A program made the position numbers and the translations under genes. The notes beneath the pieces were generated by a model. The model saw only the letters and a list, made by a program, of their open reading frames with translations. It did no database searches and was not told where the DNA came from. A stretch of DNA of 64,000 bases from Candidatus Helarchaeota archaeon (GTDB lineage Archaea; Asgardarchaeota; Lokiarchaeia; Helarchaeales; RDOG01). Below are positions 1-10,846 of the stretch, piece by piece (positions within the stretch are counted from its first letter, which is position 1; the number at the start of each line of letters is the position of its first letter). The stretch is taken from contig JAHPZH010000001.1 in the NCBI GenBank assembly GCA_019058315.1, positions 1,329,432 through 1,393,431 on the forward strand, written 5' to 3'.

Positions 1-2
1 TT

Positions 3-533
3 ATCCCTCCAATAAGAGAGAAGGAAGAGCAAAATAAACTCTGGAATCATCTTATTAAGGGGACAATTGATACCATAGGAACCGACCACTGTCCTATGCC
101 AATACGTGAAAAATCAAGGAATATTTTTTATTCTAATAATGGAATTCCCGGGCTAGAAACAGTATTACCCCTTTTATTGAACCAAGTAAATCAAAATAAC
201 ATAAGTTTTGAAAGGGTTATTCAATTAATGTCCACAAATCCAGCAAAAATTTTTGGTTTATATCCCAATAAGGGTATTATAAGGGTAGGTTCTCAAGCTG
301 ATCTTTGTGTTATTGATTTAAATAAGTCTGCAACAATTACAATAGATGAACTTTATACAAAGGGAGAATTTACTCTTTATGAAGGGTTTAAAGTAAAAGG
401 AGTTCCTATTATGACGTTATTTAAAGGAGAAGTTATGATGGAAAACGGATTTCCAGGTGAAATTAAAATAATAAAAAATAAAGGCGAATTTCTCCAAATA
501 AAATTTGAACATGATATGTTGGTGAAGCAATAA
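3..533 (+). CDS. Dihydroorotase/allantoinase-family amidohydrolase, C-terminal part (5' truncated by window)
   Basis: The frame is open from position 3 and reads IPPIREKEEQNKLWNHLIKGTIDTIGTDHCP, then GIPGLET, STNPAKIFGL, KGIIRVGSQADL. These are cyclic amidohydrolase motifs. Confidence 0.85.
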   Translation: MPPIREKEEQNKLWNHLIKGTIDTIGTDHCPMPIREKSRNIFYSNNGIPGLETVLPLLLNQVNQNNISFERVIQLMSTNPAKIFGLYPNKGIIRVGSQADLCVIDLNKSATITIDELYTKGEFTLYEGFKVKGVPIMTLFKGEVMMENGFPGEIKIIKNKGEFLQIKFEHDMLVKQ

Positions 534-1916
534 ATGCCAGAACTAATTAAAGCAATTTGTATAGGTGCAGGTAGCAGAGGAATAGACGCATATGGTTATT
601 ATGCGTTAAAAAATCCAAAACGGCTTAAATTTATTGGTGTAGCTGAACCTCGTAAAGAATGGCGTGAAAAGTTTATTCGATTACATAAGATTCCAAAAGA
701 AAATGTATTTAATTCATATGAAGAACTGTTCGCAAAAGAGCAATTTGCACGTGCTGCAGTCATTTGTACTCCTGATCAAATGCATGTCGAGCCAACGATT
801 CTAGCATTAGAGCGCGGTTATGATGTCTTACTTGAAAAACCCATGGCTAATACATTAGAAGGTTGCCTAAAATTAGTTAGAAAAGCTGAAGAAGTAAAAA
901 AACATCTTCAAATTTGTCATGTATTGCGCTATACAAACTTTTGGTCCACAATTAAATCGTTTATCGATAGTGGACAATTGGGTGATATAATTACCATAAG
1001 CCATAGAGAAAATGTCTCATATTGGCATATGGCTCATAGTTTTGTTAGGGGAAATTGGCGAAATTCCGATATTACATCACCCATGATTCTTGCCAAATGC
1101 TGTCATGACATGGATCTATTATATTGGATAATAGGAAAAAAACCAATTTCTATTTCATCATTTGGCTCTCTCTCATTTTATAGACCAGAGAGTGCACCTC
1201 CAGGAGCTCCTTTACGTTGTACTGATGGTTGTCCTGTTGGCGATACTTGTATGTTTAACGCAATTAAAATCTACATCGATTTGGATGGCTATTATAATAT
1301 GGGAAAAAATTGTCCATCTCGTGCATTTCGCTTCTTTTCTCACCATCGTAATGCAATTCGACATATGAGCCATATAATTCGCCCTTTGAAAAGGTTAGTA
1401 GATTTTAAAGAATGGCCGGTAAATACAATAACAAGTGACCTTACTTTGGAGGGTAAAATGAAAGCTTTACGAGAAGGACCTTACGGTAGATGTGTTTTTC
1501 ATTGTGATAATAATGTAGTAGACCACCAACAAACTTTAATTGAATTTTCAAATGGTGTCACAGCGGAATTAACTATGCATGGACATTCAGCTTTAGAAGG
1601 TAGAAGTATCCGAATTGATGGGACGAAAGGTACTTTAATTGGATCATTTATGGGGTGGGATGATTTATACTTCATTGAGTCACAGAATGGAGAAAAAAGA
1701 CAACTTATAAAACCTAAAATAACAATTGAAGCCCATGGAGGAGGAGATTTAAAGCTTACAGAGGGATTTGTGAATTCACTTCAACCAGACTATAAACTTG
1801 TTCCTTTAACTGATGCTAGAGCAGCATTAGAAAGCCACTTAATGGCTTTTGCAGCAGAGAAAGCCCGTTTGGAAAAAAAGGTTATAGATATGGAAGAGTT
1901 TCATTCATTAATTTAG
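534..1916 (+). CDS. Gfo/Idh/MocA family oxidoreductase
   Basis: IGAGSRG Rossmann motif, LLEKPMA, KCCHDMD. Confidence 0.9.
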   Translation: MPELIKAICIGAGSRGIDAYGYYALKNPKRLKFIGVAEPRKEWREKFIRLHKIPKENVFNSYEELFAKEQFARAAVICTPDQMHVEPTILALERGYDVLLEKPMANTLEGCLKLVRKAEEVKKHLQICHVLRYTNFWSTIKSFIDSGQLGDIITISHRENVSYWHMAHSFVRGNWRNSDITSPMILAKCCHDMDLLYWIIGKKPISISSFGSLSFYRPESAPPGAPLRCTDGCPVGDTCMFNAIKIYIDLDGYYNMGKNCPSRAFRFFSHHRNAIRHMSHIIRPLKRLVDFKEWPVNTITSDLTLEGKMKALREGPYGRCVFHCDNNVVDHQQTLIEFSNGVTAELTMHGHSALEGRSIRIDGTKGTLIGSFMGWDDLYFIESQNGEKRQLIKPKITIEAHGGGDLKLTEGFVNSLQPDYKLVPLTDARAALESHLMAFAAEKARLEKKVIDMEEFHSLI

Positions 1917-1940
1917 AAAATAATCGATTTTTCAATTTTA

Positions 1941-2237
1941 CTACAATTCTCTCATGGCATGAGACGCTACATAAACACAACCTACTCCAGAAACATATTG
2001 AGCCACCCTTATTGCCTCCAAGATTTCTTTTTTTGTTGCTCCAGCTTTTATTGCTGCGTTTGCCAAGGCTTGAACACCAGCTGTAGCACCATGACTAGCA
2101 TCCAATGCCATCGCAATTAGAAGTTTGATTTTTCTGGGAAGTGCACCATCTGAAAGAGCAAATTCTGATGATTCATTAACATGTTTGAGAAGCTCTGGGT
2201 CTACTTTTTCATATATTTTTAGAGGATTTATTGCCAT
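1941..2237 (-). CDS. Carboxymuconolactone decarboxylase (CMD/AhpD-like) family protein
   Basis: GALPRKIKLLIAMALDA...AIKAGATKKEILEAI pattern; 98 aa. Confidence 0.85.
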   Translation of the reverse strand: MAINPLKIYEKVDPELLKHVNESSEFALSDGALPRKIKLLIAMALDASHGATAGVQALANAAIKAGATKKEILEAIRVAQYVSGVGCVYVASHAMREL

Positions 2238-2414
2238 AATTTTATCAACTCCACTATTTTTATTCTAAAACTAAAAGAATGGTTAATTTTAATTATAAAG
2301 AACCTTAATTATTTTTAAAATTTTGATATTTAAAAAAAATAAATTCTTATTACAATAAAAGAATAAGAGAAATTGGTAGATTGGCTAGAAAATTAATAAG
2401 GAGTTCCGAATTAG

Positions 2415-3632
2415 ATGAAAGTTTTAGCTTTAGGTGGAAGCGGTGATATGGGTCGAATGGCGGTAACCGTGCTTCTCCCCTCCCCCAAAATCACTTCGAT
2501 AACCGTGGCTGATAAAGATTATGAATTTACAAAAACTTTTGTAGATTTAATCGATTCCGATAAATTAAAAGCTGTAAAAATTGATGTGACTAATCAGAAA
2601 GAATTAAATGATCTCATTTTAAAACACGACATAGTGCTTAATACTGTGGGACCATATTTTAAATTTGGAAAATTAATTTTAGAAACAGTGATTAAGGCAA
2701 AAAAACCATATTTTGATATTTGTGATGATTGGAAGCCCACCTTAAATCTATTAGAAATGGATGATAGTGCAAAAAAAGTTGGCATGACAGCTATTATTGG
2801 GATAGGAGCAAGCCCTGGAGTTTTAAATCTCATGGCGGTTATGGCTAGTTCCCGTCTTGATAAAGTAGATGAGATTGTCACCGCATGGGGGATGGGTCCC
2901 GTGAAAACTGGCAGAAAACCAAAGCATTTTATCAAGAAAAAGAAAATATTTAAAAAATTAGGTAGATCTGTTGAAGAAACTGCAACAGCAAATGCAGCGA
3001 TTGTTCACCTACTTTATGAAAGTATCGGGAAAATCCCGACCTTCAAAGATGGTAAAAGAATTGAAATTGAAGCTTTAACTGAGGTGGATCCTATCCAAAT
3101 TCCTGGGTATGCTGATGCCTACGCCGTGCATATTGGTCATCCTGAGCCTATTACCTTACCAAGGACCATAAAAGCAAAATCCATTTCAAACGTAATGTTT
3201 ATCGGTAAGACCGCTACCGAGGTCGTCCGTGATTATAGGAAAAAAATAATAAATAATGAGATTTCAATTGATGATGCTGCGATTAAGTTAAATGAAGAAT
3301 TAGAAATGGCTCAAAAAGATGGTTCAATTTTGATAGAATATATTAATATGCCTCCAGAATTATGTGTAATCGCAACTGGTTTGAAAGGGGGAAAAAGAAG
3401 AAAAATTGCCATCGGTTTAAATTATAGCCCATACGGAGAAATGGCAGGCGTAACTGGTGTTCCACTAGCGGTTGCAGCATTAATGTATATCGATGGAAAG
3501 ATTCAAGAAAAGGGAGTCTTAACTCCTGAAGAAGCTATTGATCCAAATGAATTCTTCGATAGATACGCGAAATATTGCAAAAAAAATCTAAATAAGAATG
3601 ATGTTCTTATTGTTAAGGAAGTAGATTTGTAA
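2415..3632 (+). CDS. Saccharopine dehydrogenase-family (NAD(P)-binding) protein
   Basis: LGGSGDMG, NTVGPY, YFDICDD, GIGASPG, HPEPITL, GVLTPE. Confidence 0.88.
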   Translation: MKVLALGGSGDMGRMAVTVLLPSPKITSITVADKDYEFTKTFVDLIDSDKLKAVKIDVTNQKELNDLILKHDIVLNTVGPYFKFGKLILETVIKAKKPYFDICDDWKPTLNLLEMDDSAKKVGMTAIIGIGASPGVLNLMAVMASSRLDKVDEIVTAWGMGPVKTGRKPKHFIKKKKIFKKLGRSVEETATANAAIVHLLYESIGKIPTFKDGKRIEIEALTEVDPIQIPGYADAYAVHIGHPEPITLPRTIKAKSISNVMFIGKTATEVVRDYRKKIINNEISIDDAAIKLNEELEMAQKDGSILIEYINMPPELCVIATGLKGGKRRKIAIGLNYSPYGEMAGVTGVPLAVAALMYIDGKIQEKGVLTPEEAIDPNEFFDRYAKYCKKNLNKNDVLIVKEVDL

Positions 3633-3648
3633 ATAATAGTGCTTAAAA

Positions 3649-4110
3649 ATGAAAAAAAAAGAAATTTTTGAAACAATATTGAATTTTATTCATTCTGAAA
3701 CGGGGTGGGGGGATCCTCTCAGACCACATTGCGAATTTGAAGACCTTAATATTAAAGAGACTAAAAAACAAGATGATGGAAGTCTTATTGTAACTTTTAA
3801 GTATCATTTTGATGAAGATGGGTTTTCTCAATATGATAAAACACACATAATAGAAGGCAAAGCAAAAATTGATTCTGAAGAAGAAATATTTGCATGGACA
3901 TTGGAAGAAGTTCATACAGGAGTTGACACGCATTTATACTATGGTAAGAAGAAACAAGAAGAGGATAAATTAAAGCCTTTTATCAAAAAATTAGAAAAAT
4001 TGCAAAAATTGTTGGCTGAAAAAGGTTTGAAACGAGAAGATTACGAGAGATTAAATGACGAGATTGATATAGTCATGAAACAAATTGAAAAATTAAAAGA
4101 AACCAATTAA
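3649..4110 (+). CDS. Hypothetical protein; acidic beta-rich N-domain plus C-terminal helical hairpin
   Basis: 153-aa ORF directly after the preceding gene on the same strand. Its C-terminal ~45 aa align with the C-termini of the two LRR proteins. Confidence 0.7.
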   Translation: MKKKEIFETILNFIHSETGWGDPLRPHCEFEDLNIKETKKQDDGSLIVTFKYHFDEDGFSQYDKTHIIEGKAKIDSEEEIFAWTLEEVHTGVDTHLYYGKKKQEEDKLKPFIKKLEKLQKLLAEKGLKREDYERLNDEIDIVMKQIEKLKETN

Positions 4111-4291
4111 TATATTAGTTTTAAGATGTTTTAAACCAAATTACTTTTAAAATTTAAATATAATTAATAAAAAATTATCAGATTTTAACATTATTTTTAT
4201 ATTTTAATATTAAAAAAATAAATTTTTTATAGAAGAAACTTCATTTAGTAACTAATCACAGACGGTTAAGCAAACCGGAGGATGTTGTCAA

Positions 4292-5374
4292 ATTATCCCA
4301 AATTGGACCATTCAGGCTATAATTAATACATTAGCAATAATTCCTTTATCAATGGCATTAGGAATAACAATTTATAACATTCTCAAAGAAAGATATCGCC
4401 ATATATTTTTTATGATGATGGTCTGGTTATCTCTAACAATTTGGGGGATTTTTTCAAGCATGACAATTGTTTATTTAGATTTAGATTTTTCAAGGTTTAG
4501 ACATTATTTTTTTATTCCATTGGCTTTTTCTATGAGTTTACTTTTAGATTCTCTTACGAGAGAATCCTACGATCCCTTAAAATTAACTTTTGTCGCAATT
4601 TTTTCAACAGCTTTATTCATTTATTCATTAGATCCAAATATGACTAATTATTTCTTTTTTCCAAATGGAGAAGTAACTCTAGCAGCAACTGGATCTTATA
4701 GAATCGCAATTTCTATTTTGACAGGCTTTACTGGAATATTGTACTTTGCATATATGTTAAGAATTTATTTAAAATCACCTAAAAACTTAAAATTATATGC
4801 TTCAATGATTTTACTTGGGGGTATTACATTGGGAATAGGAGGTCCATTAGTTGGTATTACAGGAATAAATGTTATAATTCCAGGAATTGAAACTTTTTTT
4901 ACTGCAGGGGGTGCATTATTTGTCTCTATTTCTTTTGTTAAGCAACCAAAATTAGCTTATGTCCTCCCTTTTAAAGCTGTAAAATTGGTTGTTATTGAAA
5001 TTAAGAGAGGAATTACTCTCTTTAGTTATAATTGGATTGAAAAAGAAGAAACCGTTGAAGATATTCAATTTACTGCAATGATCAGTTCAGTTAGTAAGTT
5101 TATTGAGGAGATTGTTCAGAAGGGAGGTGTAAGGGAGTTGTATCTCGAAAAAGCAACGCTAATTTTAGATACCCACAGTGATTCCCCCGTATCAGCCGTT
5201 ATTTTAACGAATAAATCTAACAAAACTCTTAAAAATGCATTAAGTCGTTTTTCGAGAGATTTTTTTCAAGACTACTCCAAATATTTTTCTGCGTCAATAG
5301 ATACCGAACAGTATAAAAATGCGTATAAATTAGTCAAAGAACATTTTCCATTTGTTCCGGAATATAAAGACTAA
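4292..5374 (+). CDS. 7TM membrane protein with C-terminal longin/roadblock-like domain (paralogue 1); probable ATT start at 4292
   Basis: Seven hydrophobic segments followed by PFKAVKLVVIEIKRGITLFSYNW...AMISSVSKFIEE...FPFVPEY. The in-frame IIPNWTIQAIIN upstream of ATG 4352 matches paralogue 2 and follows GGAGGA at 4277-4282. Confidence 0.8.
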   Translation: MIPNWTIQAIINTLAIIPLSMALGITIYNILKERYRHIFFMMMVWLSLTIWGIFSSMTIVYLDLDFSRFRHYFFIPLAFSMSLLLDSLTRESYDPLKLTFVAIFSTALFIYSLDPNMTNYFFFPNGEVTLAATGSYRIAISILTGFTGILYFAYMLRIYLKSPKNLKLYASMILLGGITLGIGGPLVGITGINVIIPGIETFFTAGGALFVSISFVKQPKLAYVLPFKAVKLVVIEIKRGITLFSYNWIEKEETVEDIQFTAMISSVSKFIEEIVQKGGVRELYLEKATLILDTHSDSPVSAVILTNKSNKTLKNALSRFSRDFFQDYSKYFSASIDTEQYKNAYKLVKEHFPFVPEYKD

Positions 5375-5549
5375 AAACTTTAGTTTTAATGGCTAGTTAA
5401 GCTTAATCTAGTCTACTTTTTATTAAAATCACTAAAAAAATGTATTATTTTAAAATTATTATGATTTGATAATAAAACAACTTTTTATTGAAAGAAAAGA
5501 ATATATATATACAATCACAGTGGGAAAAAGAACACTGGAGGATTTTAAA

Positions 5550-6632
5550 ATTATCCCAAATTGGACGATTCATGCTATAATTAATATTATAGCAATAATT
5601 CCTTTATCAATTGCTGTAGGAATTACAATATATCACATTTTCAAAGAAAAGTATCGACATATTATATTCATGATGATATGTTGGTTTTTTTTAATGTTAT
5701 GGGAGATTTCAGCAACTCTAGCTAATTTATTTTTAGATTTAAATTTTAGTAAGTTGAGTACCTATTTTTTTATTCCAATAGCTTTTTCTATGTGTTTACT
5801 TTTAGATTCGATTACAAAAGAAACATTTGATCCATTAAAATTAATTTTTTCAACCATTTTCTCGACATCTTTAATAATTTATTCTTTTAATCCAAATTTA
5901 ATAAACTATTTCTTCTTTCCAAATGGAGAAATATCGTTAGTTGTGACTGGATTATATAGATTTTCAATTTCAGTTTTAGTAGGTTTTACGGGATTTTTAT
6001 TTTTTCTATATATGACTAGAATTCATTTAAATGCACCTGCAAATTTAAAATTTTATTCATCATTAAATTTAGTTGGAGGTTTTTTGGTTGGAATAGGATC
6101 TCCATTAGTTGTTATTACAGAATTAAATTTGATAATTATAGGAATTGAAGATTATTTTAGTGCGGCTGGTGCATTATTTTGTTCTATTTCTTTTGTAAAA
6201 CAGCCAAAATTAGCTTATATTATGCCTTTTAGAGCTGTGAAATTAGTTGTTATCGAAATAAATAGAGGTATCACGCTTTTTAGCTATAATTGGATCGAAG
6301 AGGAAGAGATAATTGATAATGTTCAATTAACAGCAATGATCAGCTCTGTATGCCGATTTGTAGAGGAAGTGCTCCAGAAAGGGGGTGTAAGGGAGTTGTA
6401 TCTTGAAAAAGCTACACTCATTATGCATAAATACGATCGTTCCCCAATATCTTCCATTATAATAACTAATAAATCTAATAAAACCCTCAGAAATGCTTTA
6501 AGTAGTTTTTCAACAAGTTTTTATAGAGAATACTCAAAATATCTTTCCGCTACAATAGATATTGAACAATATAAAACTGCATCTAAATTAGTCAAAAAAC
6601 ATTTTCCTTTTGTTCCAGAATACACAAAATAA
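5550..6632 (+). CDS. 7TM membrane protein with C-terminal longin/roadblock-like domain (paralogue 2); probable ATT start at 5550 (ORF-track TTG 5466)
   Basis: Colinear with the previous gene over its full length. GGAGGA at 5537-5542 precedes ATT ATC CCA AAT TGG. Confidence 0.8.
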   Translation: MIPNWTIHAIINIIAIIPLSIAVGITIYHIFKEKYRHIIFMMICWFFLMLWEISATLANLFLDLNFSKLSTYFFIPIAFSMCLLLDSITKETFDPLKLIFSTIFSTSLIIYSFNPNLINYFFFPNGEISLVVTGLYRFSISVLVGFTGFLFFLYMTRIHLNAPANLKFYSSLNLVGGFLVGIGSPLVVITELNLIIIGIEDYFSAAGALFCSISFVKQPKLAYIMPFRAVKLVVIEINRGITLFSYNWIEEEEIIDNVQLTAMISSVCRFVEEVLQKGGVRELYLEKATLIMHKYDRSPISSIIITNKSNKTLRNALSSFSTSFYREYSKYLSATIDIEQYKTASKLVKKHFPFVPEYTK

Positions 6633-6656
6633 GGTTAATGTAAAAGAAAGAAAGAA

Positions 6657-7820
6657 TTAACGCTTAAAAATTTTCATGTCCAATGTGCTTATTCTTTCAC
6701 AACCGCTTTTTGTTACTATATACTGATCTTCATTGCCTATAGTCCCATATCCTTTTAATAAAGTCCAAGCTTCCATATTCAGAACATTACCTTTCTCAAA
6801 TTTTCTTTTTAATCCACCCTTCATAGGATCAAAAAAATGATATTCTTCAGTTTTTAAGCCTAAACTATGTGCAATTATAATAAATTGATCTTTTCTACCA
6901 GCGTCTCGCCAAGTCTTTTCAGCTAAAGATAAAATCTCCTTTGGATCTGCACCAGGTTTAATAGCTTTTTGACACGCATTTTGAACTTGAATTATTGCAT
7001 CTATAGCATCTTTTAGGTCCGATGGAATTTTTTCACCAATATAGGCCATTCTATTAACATCAGAAACATAACCTTGATACATAGCTCCAACATCCAATCT
7101 TAGAGCTTGATTTTTTTGCACTTTTAATCCAATTCCAGGAGCTTCAGGATCGCTATCACCTATCGACATAGTAAAATGATCCCAACCCTCTGCACCTTCA
7201 TCAATAACCGTTTTTTTTGCAATTTTTATCAATTCGATATCTGATATACTGGGTTTAATTGCCTCAATCATATTTACTAATGCTTTTTCAGCTATGCGTG
7301 TAGATTCTGTAATTCTACGGATTTCTTCTTCAGTTTTTATCAGTTGCATATCAAGGAGTAAATCATCTGCATTGATAATTTTAGCTTGAGGAAATTTTTT
7401 AGTTATGAATTCATGAATATAAAATGGAAAAGTACTTTCCACACCAATAGCTCCTTCCCCGAGATTCTTTTTAAGAAATATTTTTAATCCCCTTAATGCA
7501 TCTTTTGGGGTTAAACACCCTTTAGCATCTTTAATCCAGCTTAATTTTTTGTCGTAAATATCCCATACAATTAAGCTTTCTTCCCCATCTCGGTAAATTA
7601 ACGCTATTGTTGGATACTGATTTTCAAGGGCAAATAATATTGGGTTCATTGCCTGATGACGAACTGCTAATCCAGAAGCATAAAATACATTGGCTGGAGA
7701 GGTTAGAATTAGAACATCAAAACCATATTTCTCCATTAATTCAGCTGCTCTTTTTTTATCATAACCTATTGGTTTAGGTCTCTTTGTTTCATCTCTTCCT
7801 ATTAATTGCATTATTTTCAC
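6657..7820 (-). CDS. M24 family (Xaa-Pro peptidase/creatinase-like) metallopeptidase
   Basis: Creatinase-like N-domain, IKTEEEI, LDVGAMYQGYVSD, HSLGL, NMEA, GNEDQ metal-ligand motifs. Confidence 0.88.
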   Translation of the reverse strand: MKIMQLIGRDETKRPKPIGYDKKRAAELMEKYGFDVLILTSPANVFYASGLAVRHQAMNPILFALENQYPTIALIYRDGEESLIVWDIYDKKLSWIKDAKGCLTPKDALRGLKIFLKKNLGEGAIGVESTFPFYIHEFITKKFPQAKIINADDLLLDMQLIKTEEEIRRITESTRIAEKALVNMIEAIKPSISDIELIKIAKKTVIDEGAEGWDHFTMSIGDSDPEAPGIGLKVQKNQALRLDVGAMYQGYVSDVNRMAYIGEKIPSDLKDAIDAIIQVQNACQKAIKPGADPKEILSLAEKTWRDAGRKDQFIIIAHSLGLKTEEYHFFDPMKGGLKRKFEKGNVLNMEAWTLLKGYGTIGNEDQYIVTKSGCERISTLDMKIFKR

Positions 7821-8948
7821 CTAATTTTTTAAATAATTATTCTGTACATACTTTTCCAAACCTTCTAAAATACTTTTAGTTCCCTTGGTTTGATAAATTT
7901 CCATTAAATCATTATAAGTGGCAATTTTTCCAGTTCTTGCAGATAAATAGCCCATTAAAACAGTAGCAATAGCAAATTTTGCTTGTTCAGGGGTAAATTC
8001 AGGTTCTTTATCTTCTAAAATACAATTTGTAAAATAATCATCTTCGATTCTTGCTGATATCTCATAATATTTAGGAAAAACACCATGTTCAATTTCTGGC
8101 TCATACCAAAGTCCACGTTTATCTCCCAAATCTTTATGAAAGGAATTTATTTTAACTGGTTTTTCCCAAGCATGATTTTCAAGTATTGTCCCTTTTGTTC
8201 CATAAACTTCCATTGAATTAGTTGGAGGAGTTGTAACCGTGAAACTTACAACTGTTTCAGCAATAGTTCCTTTTTTGAATTTCAACATTATCAAGGCATT
8301 ATCCTCTGCTTTTTCAGCCAAATTGGTACATTGTTTCGTTATCCAGCTGTAGGCAGATTCGACTTGATCGTTTAAAATCCAATTCATTGTGGCAAATTTA
8401 TGAGCTCCCATATCCATTAAAGATCCACCTCCAGCTTTTATTGGATCTCCTTTCCAGAAACCTTGTTTCATAAGCCCTGGAATCTCATTAACACCCTCAT
8501 AAGCTCGTATTAAGAACACATCTCCTACCAATCCTTTTTGGACTGCCTCCATAATATATTTATGAGCGGGAAGAAATCGATGGTTTTCTGCAATCATGAA
8601 TTTAACTCCGGCATTACGTGTGACTTTAATCATTTCATCACAACCTTCAAGAGTAGTTGCCATTGGTTTTTCACAGAGAACATGTTTTCCCGATTCAGCT
8701 GCGGCTAATACCATTTCCTCATGCAAAAAATGTGGGACCATTATTAATACTGCATCTATATCACTATTAAGAAATGAATTAAGATTTGAATAAGCTTCCA
8801 TTTTAAAGGATTTGGCAGTTCTACTAGCTTTTTTTTCATCTATATCATAAACAGAAACGAATTTTATTTTTGAATTATTTTTACAACCAGCTCGATGAAA
8901 TTGCCAAGCAACTCCCGTGCCAATAACACCATATTTTACAACTTTCAT
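7821..8948 (-). CDS. Gfo/Idh/MocA family oxidoreductase
   Basis: GVIGTG, HVLCEKPMA, GGGSLMDMGAH; abuts the M24 gene, suggesting an operon. Confidence 0.9.
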   Translation of the reverse strand: MKVVKYGVIGTGVAWQFHRAGCKNNSKIKFVSVYDIDEKKASRTAKSFKMEAYSNLNSFLNSDIDAVLIMVPHFLHEEMVLAAAESGKHVLCEKPMATTLEGCDEMIKVTRNAGVKFMIAENHRFLPAHKYIMEAVQKGLVGDVFLIRAYEGVNEIPGLMKQGFWKGDPIKAGGGSLMDMGAHKFATMNWILNDQVESAYSWITKQCTNLAEKAEDNALIMLKFKKGTIAETVVSFTVTTPPTNSMEVYGTKGTILENHAWEKPVKINSFHKDLGDKRGLWYEPEIEHGVFPKYYEISARIEDDYFTNCILEDKEPEFTPEQAKFAIATVLMGYLSARTGKIATYNDLMEIYQTKGTKSILEGLEKYVQNNYLKN

Positions 8949-9036
8949 GGTAGAAATTTAAAGCACAATCTTTATATTAATTTTTTTAAAAGTCATTTCA
9001 TTATATTGTAGAATCTAGAAGAAGTTACGATTAATT

Positions 9037-9717
9037 TTGGTGTTAATATTGATAACTTTTATTAGTTTAGAGGATTTAAAGGATAAGAAACATGCACTAA
9101 TATTTCTTTCAGGAATTGGAGCTATATCATTCATAATTTTAACATTTATTGCTATGCTTTTTTATCCTAGACCTTACAATTTCTTTACTGATCATTTTAG
9201 TATGCTCGGTTTAATAAACGCTAATCCTTCATTTTTTGGACGTATTCCACCGGGTCTACCTCTTCCAAATCCCATTTCGTCCATTTTATTTATGAGCGCT
9301 TTGACAATTACGGCGGTTGCAACAGTTCCATTTTGGATTATAATTACCTCATTATTTGAGGAAAATAGAAATACCAAAATCTTAAGCAGATTCGGTTCAA
9401 TTGTAGGCTTAATTTCATCACCATTATTAATTGGAATCGCTTTTCCTGCAGATGTTTATCTTGAAATACATTCAATATCCACCATGTGGTTCTTTCTACT
9501 ATTTGCAGTAGCGATAATGATATATACTATCGCCATTTTTTTAAATGAAAACTATCCAAACGAATATGCCATCTTTGGAGTAATTGTGGTTGCAGTTGCA
9601 ATTCTTTATGTGTTTATCCCATTTACTCCATTAAATGCAATGCATCAAAAAATAGCAGTTTATTTATTTATTGCTTGGCCATTGCTTCAAGCTAAAAAAA
9701 TCTGGAATGAAATATGA
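9037..9717 (+). CDS. Membrane protein, DUF998-like
   Basis: About six TM segments with YNFFTDHFSMLG, FPAD..H and QK motifs typical of DUF998. Confidence 0.65.
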   Translation: MVLILITFISLEDLKDKKHALIFLSGIGAISFIILTFIAMLFYPRPYNFFTDHFSMLGLINANPSFFGRIPPGLPLPNPISSILFMSALTITAVATVPFWIIITSLFEENRNTKILSRFGSIVGLISSPLLIGIAFPADVYLEIHSISTMWFFLLFAVAIMIYTIAIFLNENYPNEYAIFGVIVVAVAILYVFIPFTPLNAMHQKIAVYLFIAWPLLQAKKIWNEI

Positions 9718-9747
9718 AAAACACTGCCAAATCTGTTAAGTTATTTC

Positions 9748-10308
9748 TCATTTGTTGAAAAAATCATATAAAACATCTTCATCTAAATGTGTTAACAAAT
9801 CTACACTTATATCTTGGATATTAACTTTCTGAGTTTCCTTTAGAACTATTTCTTCTGATTCTAACCCTCCAGAATACCAATGTTTTAAGAAACCTAAATG
9901 AGATATTTTTCCCGTATTAAACATTTCTCTAATAAAATCGATCCAACGATTTGCTAATTTATTTATCATTTCAGGCCAAAGATTTTTTCTAACTTTTTTT
10001 TTCTTTTTAGCGATTTTATCTTTAGCCCAATTTTCTATTTCTTCCTCAGTCCATCCTTTTTTACGTAATTTTTTGACTTTCTTTGAATCCATTAAGGCAG
10101 CTTGTCTTTGACTGGTAGAAAGGATGCCTAAAACAGTATCACAATCACAATAAGCCTTTGTAGCTCTAAAATATTTTTCTCCATGTAGTTGGGATTTAAT
10201 ATTTGGATTGTTAATTGGAGTAAAAGCCATCTCAAATTTATTAAATATTTGCTCAAATGCTCCTTTATTAGTATTTTTTGGTAATATCGCAGTAATATAA
10301 TAACACAT
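9748..10308 (-). CDS. Hypothetical protein (MC..IT...CDC.T.LG motif)
   Basis: 186-aa ORF with host-like codon usage and an ATG start; Cys cluster may bind metal. Confidence 0.7.
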   Translation of the reverse strand: MCYYITAILPKNTNKGAFEQIFNKFEMAFTPINNPNIKSQLHGEKYFRATKAYCDCDTVLGILSTSQRQAALMDSKKVKKLRKKGWTEEEIENWAKDKIAKKKKKVRKNLWPEMINKLANRWIDFIREMFNTGKISHLGFLKHWYSGGLESEEIVLKETQKVNIQDISVDLLTHLDEDVLYDFFNK

Positions 10309-10423
10309 TTTTACACATTCCTAGATCAAGTATTAAAAATAAATAATAAAAGGCATAAGAATTATCGCTTAATTTTTTATATTTTTAATATAATTTGAAA
10401 TAAAAATATATTGAGATGTTAAT

Positions 10424-10840
10424 TTGACAGAAGAAATGAAAAAGTGGCATGCTCCCTGCGGGATTTATTGTAAAAGATGTCCAGGAATAAAAGTCTATAA
10501 TTGTAAAGGATGTCGAGAACAAAAAGGTCAAATTTCAAAACTGCCAATCTGTAAGACTTTTGAATGTGTAACAAGTAAAGGGTACGAATTTTGTTATGAA
10601 TGTGAAGATTTTCCTTGTGAAATGCTCCAACCAATTGTCAACTTTGAAATTTTTGTTCCTCATAATTCGAAAGTATACAATTTAGTAGAAATAAAGAAAT
10701 TAGGTTTGGAAGAATGGAATAAAATTTGTGAAGAAAAAACCACATTATATTACAAGGGAAAGAAAGTAAAGTATGGTGGCGACCCGCTGACCCTAGAGAA
10801 AAAAGATAAAAATATGTACAAAAAGAAAAAGAGAGATTAG
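10424..10840 (+). CDS. DUF3795-like Cys-rich (Fe-S/Zn) protein
   Basis: APCGIYCKRC...CKGC...C...C...CYECEDFPC pattern. Confidence 0.85.
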   Translation: MTEEMKKWHAPCGIYCKRCPGIKVYNCKGCREQKGQISKLPICKTFECVTSKGYEFCYECEDFPCEMLQPIVNFEIFVPHNSKVYNLVEIKKLGLEEWNKICEEKTTLYYKGKKVKYGGDPLTLEKKDKNMYKKKKRD

Positions 10841-10846
10841 AAATAA